A stretch of DNA of 64,000 nucleotides from contig OY729426.1 of assembly GCA_963422365.1 (NCBI GenBank), positions 352,001 to 416,000 on the forward strand. Reading direction: 5' to 3'. Source of the stretch: Nitrospirales bacterium. Lineage in GTDB: Bacteria; Nitrospirota; Nitrospiria; Nitrospirales; UBA8639. A program made the position numbers and the translations under genes. Shown piece by piece: positions 1 to 9,385 of this stretch (positions are counted from its first letter, which is position 1; each line of letters starts with the position of its first letter). The notes under the pieces were generated by a model that saw only the letters and a program-made list of their open reading frames with translations, made no database searches and had not been told where the DNA came from.

Positions 1-585
1 TTTGAAGGGACTGGCTCTTTACCCTACGTCCCTATCCGTCCACACGACCTTGTCTTTTCCGGTATTTCTCAACGAGGGGACTAAAGCCCCAGAGCAAAAC
101 AGGCAATATAAATCAACTGCTTAGAGACATTGTAATTCTTTTTTACTACCCTCTCCAGGATCACGATCACCGGCAGGAATACGCGGGATTTGTAATGAGG
201 GCTTGGGTTGTCGTTAAACACAACGGGCACCTCTGCATGAGCTTCTCTATCTTCATTGGATTCATCCAGTTTCGAAGCATCTCCATCAACTCTTTCCCGC
301 TCTTATTGATCAAATCGTCTAACTCCTCTCTCTTTCCAAGAAATTGGTTTGCTTTGGTGCTTACGTTGCGCAGCATTGCCTCCGTGAGTGTGCCGTCTAT
401 TTTCACTGTGAAAACAGCAGTGCTTGCATGATACGAGTCAAGTTTATTGAAGTTGTTCTAAAACGTCCCTGTCAGAAAATATTTTACCTTTCAACCACCT
501 ACGGAATAGGGTTCTGAAAGTAATACCTCCAACAGGGGTGGTGTCACTAAAATAAAATGAAATCATAGCTCGTACTATAATTATT

Positions 586-625
586 GGGGCTGTCCTAGAT
601 AAACCTCGTTATCTAGAACAGCCCC
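586..625. mobile_element. Fused pair of IS1016-like (IS1595 family) terminal inverted repeats, no transposase
   Basis: GGGGCTGTCCTAGATAA-acctcg-TTATCTAGAACAGCCCC is a 17-bp inverted repeat with 1 mismatch. It resembles IS1016 ends as I recall them. Confidence 0.5.
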
Positions 626-636
626 TTCAGTTAAGT

Positions 637-771
637 ATGCTTGCCATGAGCATTCTGGCAGAGAGAATTCGTACGTCACGCGAACAGGCGGGCTTCTCCC
701 AAGCGGACATCGCCAAGTCATTGCGCATCTTGGCTTCCGCTATCCATCAGCGGGAGCAGGGGACAGCCTAA
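637..771 (+). pseudogene. Truncated XRE-family helix-turn-helix regulator
   Basis: Translates MLAMSILAERIRTSREQAGFSQADIAKSLRILASAIHQREQGTA*. This is an XRE HTH pattern that stops right after the recognition helix. Confidence 0.6.
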
Positions 772-1440
772 ATCGGGGTTCGGGGGACCATTGAGGGGAG
801 CCTCACCCTGAGACTCTTCCAAAGGGAGAAGGTAAAAAGGGGACGGCACTATTATTGACCAAGAAACTTATTGACCAAGAAACGATTACTGGATTCCTGT
901 TGGCAGGGTCGAACGGTTCACCCGCCGGATCAACGACCTGCTGGCCCACAAGGAGACACTCACGGAGTGTGCTAGGCGGTACGGTTACTCACCGCAGAAC
1001 CAACGCGGCGACTTTATTCTGCATTTTGTCTCCAATGCTCACCGCACTCGCCGGTTGTGCCTGAAACATCAGTCCCCCTGTCAACTCATCCGCCAACATA
1101 CGAAATACTTCCGCAGGAACATTCTCAAAATTCACTCATTCGCTGACAGCATCAGGAATGACACACAAACCGGCACGGAATGCCCCCCGCCATTAGCAGG
1201 CGAAACATATCAAGTACTCAGTTGGTGACCTAAGCCCATCTCTTTCATAGTATTTCATATAAACGCGATGCTTTGAAAAGACCCTGAATGACCACACACC
1301 TTTCACATTCAGGAGTTTTTATAGAGCCTGAAACCGAGGGAATTCAGAAAACCAGGGAGGGAATGAAGCAGTTCTGTGACGGGCTTCCCGCTTGCGCCTG
1401 CCGGACGGGGCTTCTCCCCAACACACCCGTTCTTTTCTTT

Positions 1441-1800
1441 CTACAGCGTGAGCACTTTTGCCAGTAAGCCAATCAGCAACGCATACGTGGCACCAAACAT
1501 CCCGATTAACCATTTAATGATATCGAATTTGGCCTCGGCTATTTGCACGGCAATGTCCTTCTTGATCTCTTGCCGTAAGAGCTCAATGTCCTTCTTGGTC
1601 TCTTGCCGTAAGAGCTCAATCTTTTCATAGATAGCGGCAATATCCTGATGAATAGCGGCAATATCCTGTTTGTTTGCCAGATTGCCGTTCAGCAGATTGA
1701 CCTGTTCGTCGGCTAGGACCTCGGCTTGAGATTCGGTAAACCCGTGTGCCGTCAGCCGCTTGACAAATCTATGGGTATCAAAGGCAATTGCTTCGTTCAT
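1441..1800 (-). CDS. DUF1640/CCDC90-like coiled-coil protein with C-terminal membrane anchor
   Basis: N-terminal AFDTHRFVKRL..GF..QAE motif, repetitive coiled coil, hydrophobic C-terminus (IIKWLIGMFGATYALLIGLL). Confidence 0.8.
   Translation of the reverse strand: MNEAIAFDTHRFVKRLTAHGFTESQAEVLADEQVNLLNGNLANKQDIAAIHQDIAAIYEKIELLRQETKKDIELLRQEIKKDIAVQIAEAKFDIIKWLIGMFGATYALLIGLLAKVLTL
1551..1668. repeat. In-frame tandem repeats in the DUF1640 gene (2x33 bp, 2x21 bp)
   Basis: caatgtccttcttg(a/g)tctcttgccgtaagagct at 1551 and 1584; atagcggcaatatcctg at 1631 and 1652. Confidence 0.85.
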
Positions 1801-1939
1801 GCGCTAAATATAGCTTTCTATGGGTATCGATGCAACAATAACTTCAGGTGTTTTTACACAGCCGGCCGCTCGGGAATGCCAAACAGAGCGGGCACGACGC
1901 CAGACAGAACCCATCTACGGATAAAACCCATCTCTCCGG

Positions 1940-1969
1940 TTGCATTGCCAAAATATCCGGTGCTAAGAT
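1940..1969 (+). promoter_or_regulatory. Candidate sigma70 promoter for the USP operon
   Basis: TTGCAT, 18-bp spacer, TGc-TAAGAT (extended -10), about 100 bp upstream of the GGGAGG RBS and ATG at 2068. Confidence 0.35.
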
Positions 1970-2067
1970 TGTTACTCAGATTTTTGATGCTCTTCGTGTG
2001 ACCTCTGGCGTTCTGCTTCGGGAGGGTCCCCTTTGTATAAGGGTGAAGTTTCGTAGGGAGGCTTCTG

Positions 2068-4125
2068 ATGTATAAAACCATCTACATCCCTGTCGACAAT
2101 TCAGACCATTCGAACATGGCCGTCGATCTGGGTGTGCAGTTGGCCCAGGAATTCGGATCAAAAATCGTCGGTAGCCACGTCTATGCCGCCAAAATGCATG
2201 ATAAGCGGTTCAAGCAAATGGAAGCGGGGCTTCCTGAAGAATATCACGACGAAAAAGAGCTCGACCGGCAACGCAAGATTCATGATTCCCTCATCACACG
2301 AGGGCTCCAGATCATTACCGATTCCTACCTCGACTATGTGGATCAAAAGTGTGCTGAGTCCAATCTCCCCTTAGAACGACGATCCCTAGAAGGTCGGAAT
2401 TGGAAGGTTTTGGCCGAAGATATCAATACCAATGCGTACGATCTGACCATTATGGGATCGCTGGGAGTGGGAGCCGTGAAGGATTCCGTCATTGGCAGTA
2501 ATACCGAACGGATCCTGCGCCGAGTTCGCCATTCAGACATGTTTATCGTGAAAGACCTGAAGCCCATGAATGGGGGGAAAATCGTCGTGGCCGTGGATGG
2601 CAGTCCGTATAGTTTTGGCGGATTGAAAACCGGACTGGCCTTAGGCAAAGCGTTGAATAAGCCGGTTGAGGCCATTTCCGCCTTCGACCCTTATTTTCAC
2701 TATGCCGCCTTTCACAGCATTTCCGGGGTCTTGAACGAAGAAGCCGGCAAGGTCTTTCGCTTCAAAGAGCAAGAAAAACTTCATGAAGAAGTGATCGATA
2801 GCGGATTAGCCAAAATTTATCAATCGCATTTAGATATTTCTCGCGAAGTCGCTCAAGAAGAAGGATCAGATATTCGCACGACCCTCTTAGATGGGAAGGC
2901 GTTCGAAAAAGTCCTCCAATATGTTCGGAAAGAAAAACCCTGGTTGCTGATTGTCGGTCGAATTGGCGTGCATAGCGACGATGACATGGATATTGGAAGC
3001 AACACCGAGAATCTGCTTCGGGCGGTTTCCTGTAATGTCTTGATTTCCAATAAAAAATATGTGCCGCCTATCGACACCCAAGCGGAATATACCATTGCCT
3101 GGACGGAGGAAGCCTTGCTTCGGATGGAAAAGGTTCCGGTCTTTGCGCGTGGAGTCGCCAAGACCGCCATTCACCGTTATGCGATTGAAAAAGGTCATAC
3201 CATTATCAGCAATTCGGTGGTTGATGATGCAGTCGGCGATATTTTACCGAAAGGTGCGATGGAGGCGATGAAGGTCTTGGGCGGCCAACTCGATGAATCC
3301 GGCATCGATCGCAACCAGATGCAAGCCGATGACGCCGTGGCGACCGATCTTATGGGCTCGACCCTCAGCGGAATGGTCAACCAAGTCGTTGAAGAAAAAG
3401 ATCCCAGCACGAATCCCGCACTGAGTCCAGGCACCCAATCTTATCTGGATCGCATGGCCCAACCGTATTATGTCTGTGATGGGTGTGGCTACATCGGAAA
3501 GGGCCGTCAACCCGTCAAATGTCCGATTTGCGGAGGAGCAGGCGACGGCTTCAAAACCGTCGACAAAAGCGTTTTCGACGCGGCAGCCAAGCAAGAAGGG
3601 GTGCTGGAAACGCAACTGGCGTATGATGATGTCCCCATGCAATGGACCAAAGATGCTAAAGAAGCCATTCGAGCAGTACCGGCTGGATTCCAACGCCGCC
3701 GCGCGAAAGCCAAAATTGAAAAGTCTGCGAGAAAACTCGGCATGACCACGATCACATTGGAGTATGCCTCTCCTATGATTCAAGAAGCCGCCAACGAAGA
3801 CTATACCCCGATTTTCGCCAACAAAGAATCACAGGAAGAACAGCCCATACCCCAGACGAGCGAGATAGAACCTACTCAGGGCTCTCCCCATCGTTGGGAG
3901 CCCGAGGCGTTGATACGATTGGAACGTGCCCCGGAAGGGTTTATGCGGGATTGCACCAAGGCTCTCATCATTAAACATGCCGAAAAGCTAGGGACTACCC
4001 ATATTACCCTCGAAGTGGCAAACGAGGGGATCGAGCAAGCCAAACACACCATGGAAGAAGCCATGAAGTCCGGCAACGTCAAAGAAATTATTGCCAAACT
4101 GACTGGCGCAAGTGCTCAACAATAG
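2068..4125 (+). CDS. Multidomain protein: two USP domains, PCP_red, rubredoxin-like domain, two further PCP_red domains
   Basis: USP motifs: IYIPVDNS / MGSLGVG..IGSNTE and IVVAVDGS / VGRIG..IGSNTE. Three W(T/E)xxA..(VP/AP)..F.R..K..I..A...G...I(T/S) repeats. CDGCGY...CPICG knuckle. Confidence 0.85.
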   Translation: MYKTIYIPVDNSDHSNMAVDLGVQLAQEFGSKIVGSHVYAAKMHDKRFKQMEAGLPEEYHDEKELDRQRKIHDSLITRGLQIITDSYLDYVDQKCAESNLPLERRSLEGRNWKVLAEDINTNAYDLTIMGSLGVGAVKDSVIGSNTERILRRVRHSDMFIVKDLKPMNGGKIVVAVDGSPYSFGGLKTGLALGKALNKPVEAISAFDPYFHYAAFHSISGVLNEEAGKVFRFKEQEKLHEEVIDSGLAKIYQSHLDISREVAQEEGSDIRTTLLDGKAFEKVLQYVRKEKPWLLIVGRIGVHSDDDMDIGSNTENLLRAVSCNVLISNKKYVPPIDTQAEYTIAWTEEALLRMEKVPVFARGVAKTAIHRYAIEKGHTIISNSVVDDAVGDILPKGAMEAMKVLGGQLDESGIDRNQMQADDAVATDLMGSTLSGMVNQVVEEKDPSTNPALSPGTQSYLDRMAQPYYVCDGCGYIGKGRQPVKCPICGGAGDGFKTVDKSVFDAAAKQEGVLETQLAYDDVPMQWTKDAKEAIRAVPAGFQRRRAKAKIEKSARKLGMTTITLEYASPMIQEAANEDYTPIFANKESQEEQPIPQTSEIEPTQGSPHRWEPEALIRLERAPEGFMRDCTKALIIKHAEKLGTTHITLEVANEGIEQAKHTMEEAMKSGNVKEIIAKLTGASAQQ

Positions 4126-4140
4126 AGAGCGGGCCACATT

Positions 4141-5505
4141 ATGGGAAAATCACTCCCTGTTATTCATCTCCAGCAACGAGAAACACAGGGAAACCACGTC
4201 ACCGAGTGTTCTTCTCCCGCAGAAAATCCTTACGACGGCCGAACCGTCGATGATTTCAAGCCTTACCTCGTTGCCCTGAATCTCACCAAACGGTGTAACT
4301 TAAAATGTGCCCACTGTTATTTGGATGCCACCACAAAGGCCGGTGGGGGATCGGACGAACTCTCGACGGAAGAATGTTATCGGTTGATTGACCAAATCGC
4401 CGAGGTCAATAAAGGATGTTTACTGGTTATCACCGGAGGAGAACCCCTCGTCAGGCCGGACATCCTCGACCTTGCCCGCCATGCCGTCGGCCAAGGGTTC
4501 ATGGTCGTTTTCGGCACCAATGGCATGCTGATTAACGATCGCCTCGCCAATCAACTCGTTGAGATCGGCGTCATGGGCGTCGGCATCAGCATCGACTCCC
4601 TCGACCCTGACAAACATGACACGTTTCGCGGCATTCCGGGCGCATGGGAGGCAGCGGTCGCTGGAATCGAAGCCTGCAAACGGAACGGCCTGCAATTTCA
4701 GGTGCACTTCAGCGCCCAACCGATGAACTACAAAGAATTACCGAACGTGATCGAATGGGCCCATCAACTGGGGGCCCGCGTTCTGAACGTCTTCTTCATG
4801 GTGTGCACAGGACGTGGTGAGGAACTGACCGATATTACTCCTGAACAGTATGAAGAAGTTCTCGCCTTCTTGGTGGATACGCAAGAACAGTACTCAGATA
4901 TGCTGGTACGCGCACGGTGTGCCCCACACTTTAAACGTCTCGCCTATGAAAAAAATCCCAATTCCCCGATCACCAAAGCCCAAGGGTATATGGGAGGGGG
5001 CTGCTTGGCGGGAACGAATTATGCCAGAGTCACTCCCAATGGGGATCTGACTCCCTGTCCCTATATGCCCCTATCAGCGGGAAATATCCGAGACACCAGT
5101 TTCGTGGATTTGTGGGAAAAGTCAGAAATTTTTGACTCATTCCGTTATCCCAAGCTGAAGGGCAAATGCGGCGACTGTGAATATAGTGACATATGCGGCG
5201 GATGCAGGGCTCGCCCCTATGTCGATCATGGTGACTGGCTGGACGAAGATCAGTGGTGCTTGTATACCCCCAAAGGCGGGGAAAAAGTGCAGGTCGCGTT
5301 TAATGTTCCCGAGGACTCTCATGTGGAATGGGATGAATCCGCTCACACGCGTTTAAGTCGGGTCCCGTACTTCCTTCGCGCCATGGTGAAAAAAGGCGTG
5401 GAACGACATGCCCGCGAACACAAGATTTCTCTGATCACCGTTGAATTAATGGAAGAGCTTCGCCAAAAACGATTTGGCAACGAGAAGCCGGTTTTTAAAT
5501 TCTGA
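4141..5505 (+). CDS. Radical SAM/SPASM enzyme (AhbD/NirJ-like) with C-terminal PCP_red domain
   Basis: CNLKCAHC, GGEP and RCAPH motifs; SPASM cysteines CLAG..GDLTPC..GNI..CGDC....CGGCRAR; tail VEWDESAHTRLSRVPYFLRAMVKKGVERHAR. Confidence 0.85.
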   Translation: MGKSLPVIHLQQRETQGNHVTECSSPAENPYDGRTVDDFKPYLVALNLTKRCNLKCAHCYLDATTKAGGGSDELSTEECYRLIDQIAEVNKGCLLVITGGEPLVRPDILDLARHAVGQGFMVVFGTNGMLINDRLANQLVEIGVMGVGISIDSLDPDKHDTFRGIPGAWEAAVAGIEACKRNGLQFQVHFSAQPMNYKELPNVIEWAHQLGARVLNVFFMVCTGRGEELTDITPEQYEEVLAFLVDTQEQYSDMLVRARCAPHFKRLAYEKNPNSPITKAQGYMGGGCLAGTNYARVTPNGDLTPCPYMPLSAGNIRDTSFVDLWEKSEIFDSFRYPKLKGKCGDCEYSDICGGCRARPYVDHGDWLDEDQWCLYTPKGGEKVQVAFNVPEDSHVEWDESAHTRLSRVPYFLRAMVKKGVERHAREHKISLITVELMEELRQKRFGNEKPVFKF

Positions 5506-6032
5506 TGAGTGCTCTCCTCGCGACACTTTCCGACCTCAATAAAATCATTCCCATTCTCAGTCACTGGCTGCACGTACTCTCGGCCATTGTTTGGATTGGA
5601 GGACTTGCCTTTCTGGTCCTGGCAGTCACGCCGGGGCTCCACTCGTCCGTCCCTCGGGAATTCATCAAACCCATTTGTGACACCTTCTATAAGCAGTATC
5701 GCAAGGTCGTTGGCATCCTGCTTGTCGTGATCCTCTTCACGGGCGGTATCAATCTGCATTACGTGGGAGAACTCATGGAAATGCAGACCGGCAACGGCTT
5801 ATCCCATAATGCCAAATATTTGACGGTTTTTTTTATTAAACTTACCCTGGTTCTCGGAATTTTAACCTTGTTTTTGTATACCGTCATTTTTCGCATTGAA
5901 CCCACGGGCGAGGAAGATGAACAAGAAAAAGAAGAGCACATTATTGAGCCCATTCCTTTCCAAAAAGCAGGACTGTTTATGGGCGTCTTTATCATTCTTT
6001 GTGCCGCTGCCATGAAGCATCTCCATCTGTAA
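5505..6032 (+). CDS. CopD-like four-helix membrane protein
   Basis: WLHVLSAIVWIGG motif and four hydrophobic segments. Its start overlaps the rSAM stop (TGATG). Confidence 0.65.
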   Translation: MSALLATLSDLNKIIPILSHWLHVLSAIVWIGGLAFLVLAVTPGLHSSVPREFIKPICDTFYKQYRKVVGILLVVILFTGGINLHYVGELMEMQTGNGLSHNAKYLTVFFIKLTLVLGILTLFLYTVIFRIEPTGEEDEQEKEEHIIEPIPFQKAGLFMGVFIILCAAAMKHLHL

Positions 6033-6149
6033 CACCTTGTCTTTTCGCCTTACCCGCCCGTAGACTAGTTTTTTATTTCCTCAGAAACATGCGAAGGCAG
6101 TCTTCTTCCCCCATTTCCTCTCCCTGATGGAGAAAATTCCTTTCAATCT

Positions 6150-6205
6150 GTAGCTGCAGCATCTTATGCTGCCTAGAAGAAAGCGCCATGAGATGGCGCC
6201 GCTAC
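6150..6205. repeat. GTAG-type REP doublet
   Basis: GTAGctgcagcatcttatgctgcc ... gcgccatgagatggcgccgCTAC. Confidence 0.75.
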
Positions 6206-6315
6206 GAAATAGACAAAGTCATGCCATACAATACGTTACTGATACTCCGCGCAAGGGGCGAGGAGGGCCGACCCGAGCCTTCTCAAGTCGTCATCCCCGA
6301 GAAAACATCCTTGCC

Positions 6316-7686
6316 ATGAGACGCCCCCCCCCAACTCGATCAGGTCCCCAGACGTTCCTACCCGGCTTGAGATCATCAAGCATTCCCCTTGTCGCCGTGA
6401 TCGGACGTCCCAACGTCGGCAAATCGACCTTGTTTAACCGAATTCTGGGGACCAGAAACGCCATCGTCGACGATAGACCGGGAGTCACCCGTGATCGAAT
6501 TTATGCCGAGTGCACGTACCAGGGCCGACGCTTTCAGTTGGTCGATACCGGTGGGCTCGACCCCACTTCCACCGAAGGCATACTCGGACTCGTTCGCCGG
6601 CAATCACAAATCGCACTCGCCGAAGCAGATATTGTTCTTGTGATCATGGACGGCAGGACCGGGCTGACGCCATTGGATCGGGATATCGTCAACGAGTTAC
6701 ACGGTGTGGACAAGCCCACTTTTTGGGTGATCAATAAAATCGATTCCCCGACCCTGGAACCCTTGCTGGCGGACTTTTATCATCTTGGGAAACATACGCT
6801 GTTTCCCATTTCAGCAGAACACGGCACAGGGGTCGATGAATTACTTGAGGCGTTCCTGCATCTCTTGCCAGTGTTTGATGATGACCTAGCAGAAACCGCC
6901 ACCCGTGTGGCCGTGATCGGACGTCCCAACGTCGGCAAATCGACGCTGGTGAACACCATCCTGGGAGAAGAACGAGTCCTCGTCAGCAACGTTCCGGGCA
7001 CCACGCGAGACCCCGTTGACACGCACCTAAAACGCGATGGCCAGCAATTTTTGTTTACGGATACGGCGGGGTTACGACGTCGTGGACGAGTGGAGCCGGG
7101 GATCGAAGGCTATAGCGTTGCCAGAACCATGAAAGCGTTAGGACGGTCGGATATCGGAGTGTTATTGCTCGATGGGGTCGAGGGCGTCACGGAACAAGAT
7201 ACCAAGATTGCGGGGCTCATCCAAAAGCAAGGACGGGGCTGTATCATGCTCGTCAATAAATGGGATTTACGGCGGGATCAACCCGAAGCCAAAGGGAAAT
7301 TTTCTTCAGAGTTGCAACGGCGTTTCCCCTTTTTTACCTTTGTGCCCATTTTATTCGGATCAGCGCTTGCGCCTAAGACCATTGAGCATCTGTTCAAGGC
7401 CATCACCCAAGTCATGAAAACATTTTCGTACCGGGTACCAACCAGTCGCCTCAATCAATTCCTCCAAAAAGCTCTTGCGGACAACGTCATTCCCACTAAA
7501 AGAGGAAATCCGCTGAAATCTCTCTTTATTACCCAAGTCGCAGTCAAACCACCGACGTTTGCCCTTTTTGTGGGCAAATCAGTCCTGCTCACCCCTGGGT
7601 ACCTTCGCTACCTGGAAAACCAACTCCGGGCAACGTTTGGGTTCGAGGGCACGCCATTACGGATTTTAGTTCGAAAGAAAGCGTGA
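6316..7686 (+). CDS. der: Ribosome biogenesis GTPase Der (EngA)
   Basis: Two GRPNVGKST P-loops, DTGG/DTAG, NKID/NKWD, C-terminal KH-like FGFEGTP. The upstream extension from 6166 runs through a REP, so the start is placed at ATG 6316. Confidence 0.95.
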   Translation: MRRPPPTRSGPQTFLPGLRSSSIPLVAVIGRPNVGKSTLFNRILGTRNAIVDDRPGVTRDRIYAECTYQGRRFQLVDTGGLDPTSTEGILGLVRRQSQIALAEADIVLVIMDGRTGLTPLDRDIVNELHGVDKPTFWVINKIDSPTLEPLLADFYHLGKHTLFPISAEHGTGVDELLEAFLHLLPVFDDDLAETATRVAVIGRPNVGKSTLVNTILGEERVLVSNVPGTTRDPVDTHLKRDGQQFLFTDTAGLRRRGRVEPGIEGYSVARTMKALGRSDIGVLLLDGVEGVTEQDTKIAGLIQKQGRGCIMLVNKWDLRRDQPEAKGKFSSELQRRFPFFTFVPILFGSALAPKTIEHLFKAITQVMKTFSYRVPTSRLNQFLQKALADNVIPTKRGNPLKSLFITQVAVKPPTFALFVGKSVLLTPGYLRYLENQLRATFGFEGTPLRILVRKKA

Positions 7687-7739
7687 AGAGGAAGAACGCC
7701 GAGACCACCCGTTGGCATCTGAGCCTCGTCTTCTGGACA

Positions 7740-7979
7740 GCATAAGGCAGCATCCCGAGCCGTGCCCCGGGATGCTGCCCTACAAAACCTTCTCTCTGTA
7801 GGGCTGGATCTCATCATCACGCCACCCTCTGAGCGGCATAAGATGCGGCTCTACAAATACAGAGAGACATTGTCACTGCCAGGATGGCAGGAACATGCCT
7901 CCTGACGTCCTTCTTCTCCTTCTGTCGTAGCGGCGACATCTCATGGCGCCTTTCTTGGCCGCATCAGATGCAGCCCTAC
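7740..7979. repeat. Cluster of GTAG REP elements between convergent genes
   Basis: Hairpin ending CTAC at 7783; doublets at 7798-7854 and 7927-7979. Confidence 0.75.
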
Positions 7980-9346
7980 AAATGTAGGGTTGCCACGCGA
8001 GAGAAGTAGTCGACGAACGTGCGAATCCCGCCTGAAGCCTGCCCCCAATCAAAATTTTCATTCGGAGCATGGTACCCGTGCTCAGGAAGACTTAATCCGA
8101 AAAAGAGAATGGGCACATTCCACGTACGCTCCATCAAAGAAACGGCGCCGATTGAGCCCCCTTCTCTGACCAGTGAGAGGTTCTTTCCAAATCCTGTCCG
8201 CACTGCTTGGCAGAGCGCGTCAGCATGTGGTCCCCGTGTCACTCCACGAAACGGTTCGAGTTGCGCGTCAGCTTCAACCCGAATATCAGGATTCTGTTTC
8301 TTGAGATAGCGTTGTAATCGGAAGAATATTTTGGCGGGATGCTGATTCGGGACCAGCCGCATACTCACCTTTAATTCACCGAAGGGGGGAACGACCGTTT
8401 TGATGCCAGGCCCCATATGCCCTCCCACCAATCCATGCACCTCAAAGGTAGGGGAAGCCCAAATCCGTTGAATCAGGTCTGAACGGTTTTCCGTCCGAAT
8501 CGACCGGAACCCATACGCCTTTTTAAATCGGTCGACCTGAAAGCCCGAGGAAAGAAATTCCTTCATTTCTTCGGCAGTGGGAGGAACCACCTCATCGTAA
8601 AAACCCGGAATGGTCACACGGCCGGTTCGAGCATCTGCACACGACTGAACGGCTTCGCATAATTCGGTCAGTGGGTTTCTGGCCCCGCCACCGGTCAATC
8701 CGGAATGCACATCGGTTGTTCCCGTACGAAGAGTCAGCCGAACGGCCAATAACCCACGTAACCCCGTGGAAATCACCGGGCGTTGGCGTGAAATCCAAAT
8801 AGTATCCGAAACCAGAACGGAATCAGGGCGCGGGACCACATTCCGTTGATCCAAGGCATCCTGAAAATTCGGACTGCCTATTTCTTCTTCTAATTCCCAG
8901 AGAAACCGAATGTTCAACGGCACGCCTTGATCGACGGCATATTTGCCTGCGAAGAGCGCGGTTAGCGCAGGGCCTTTGTCATCCGTGGTGCCTCGGCCTC
9001 GATAACGATTGCCCTCTTTTCGAAACACGAAGGGGTCTTGCTTCCACTCCGGTTCTTGGGCAGGTTGCACATCTAAATGATTGTAAATCGTTAACGTGGG
9101 GTAGTGCTTCCCTACCTGCCATCCTCCCGATACCACGGGATAGCCTGTGGTCGGCACAATCTTCGCCTGCGCCCCGAGACTCCGTAAATACTGCGCCGCA
9201 ACGGTTGCCATTCGGGCAATATCTTTCCCTCGTGCAGGATTGGAACTCACCGATGGAATCTCCACCACATGTCCGAGCATGTCCTCAAACCGTGACCGAA
9301 CCGACCGAATATAGGCTTCTAAACAACCGGAACCCTTCATAGACAT
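7976..9346 (-). CDS. M20/M25/M40 family metallopeptidase (ArgE/DapE-like)
   Basis: HLDVQP, GRGTTDDKG, EEEIGS and HAPNE metal-ligand motifs. Confidence 0.9.
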   Translation of the reverse strand: MSMKGSGCLEAYIRSVRSRFEDMLGHVVEIPSVSSNPARGKDIARMATVAAQYLRSLGAQAKIVPTTGYPVVSGGWQVGKHYPTLTIYNHLDVQPAQEPEWKQDPFVFRKEGNRYRGRGTTDDKGPALTALFAGKYAVDQGVPLNIRFLWELEEEIGSPNFQDALDQRNVVPRPDSVLVSDTIWISRQRPVISTGLRGLLAVRLTLRTGTTDVHSGLTGGGARNPLTELCEAVQSCADARTGRVTIPGFYDEVVPPTAEEMKEFLSSGFQVDRFKKAYGFRSIRTENRSDLIQRIWASPTFEVHGLVGGHMGPGIKTVVPPFGELKVSMRLVPNQHPAKIFFRLQRYLKKQNPDIRVEADAQLEPFRGVTRGPHADALCQAVRTGFGKNLSLVREGGSIGAVSLMERTWNVPILFFGLSLPEHGYHAPNENFDWGQASGGIRTFVDYFSRVATLHL

Positions 9347-9385
9347 TGCCTGTTTCTTTCTTGAACCATGCCTGCGTGTCAGCCC

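Noticed and set aside
167..431. Short overlapping ORFs at the window start
   Set aside because: No family or RBS recognised; possibly a gene fragment, but it cannot be supported.
1860..2040. Riboswitch upstream of the USP operon (hairpin ccgctc...gagcgg)
   Set aside because: I could not match the conserved motifs of any riboswitch class. An Rfam scan would settle it.
3094..5470. PCP_red domains as evidence of (bacterio)chlorophyll synthesis
   Set aside because: Only the small C-terminal domain is present; there are no BchN/BchB/BchL catalytic domains.
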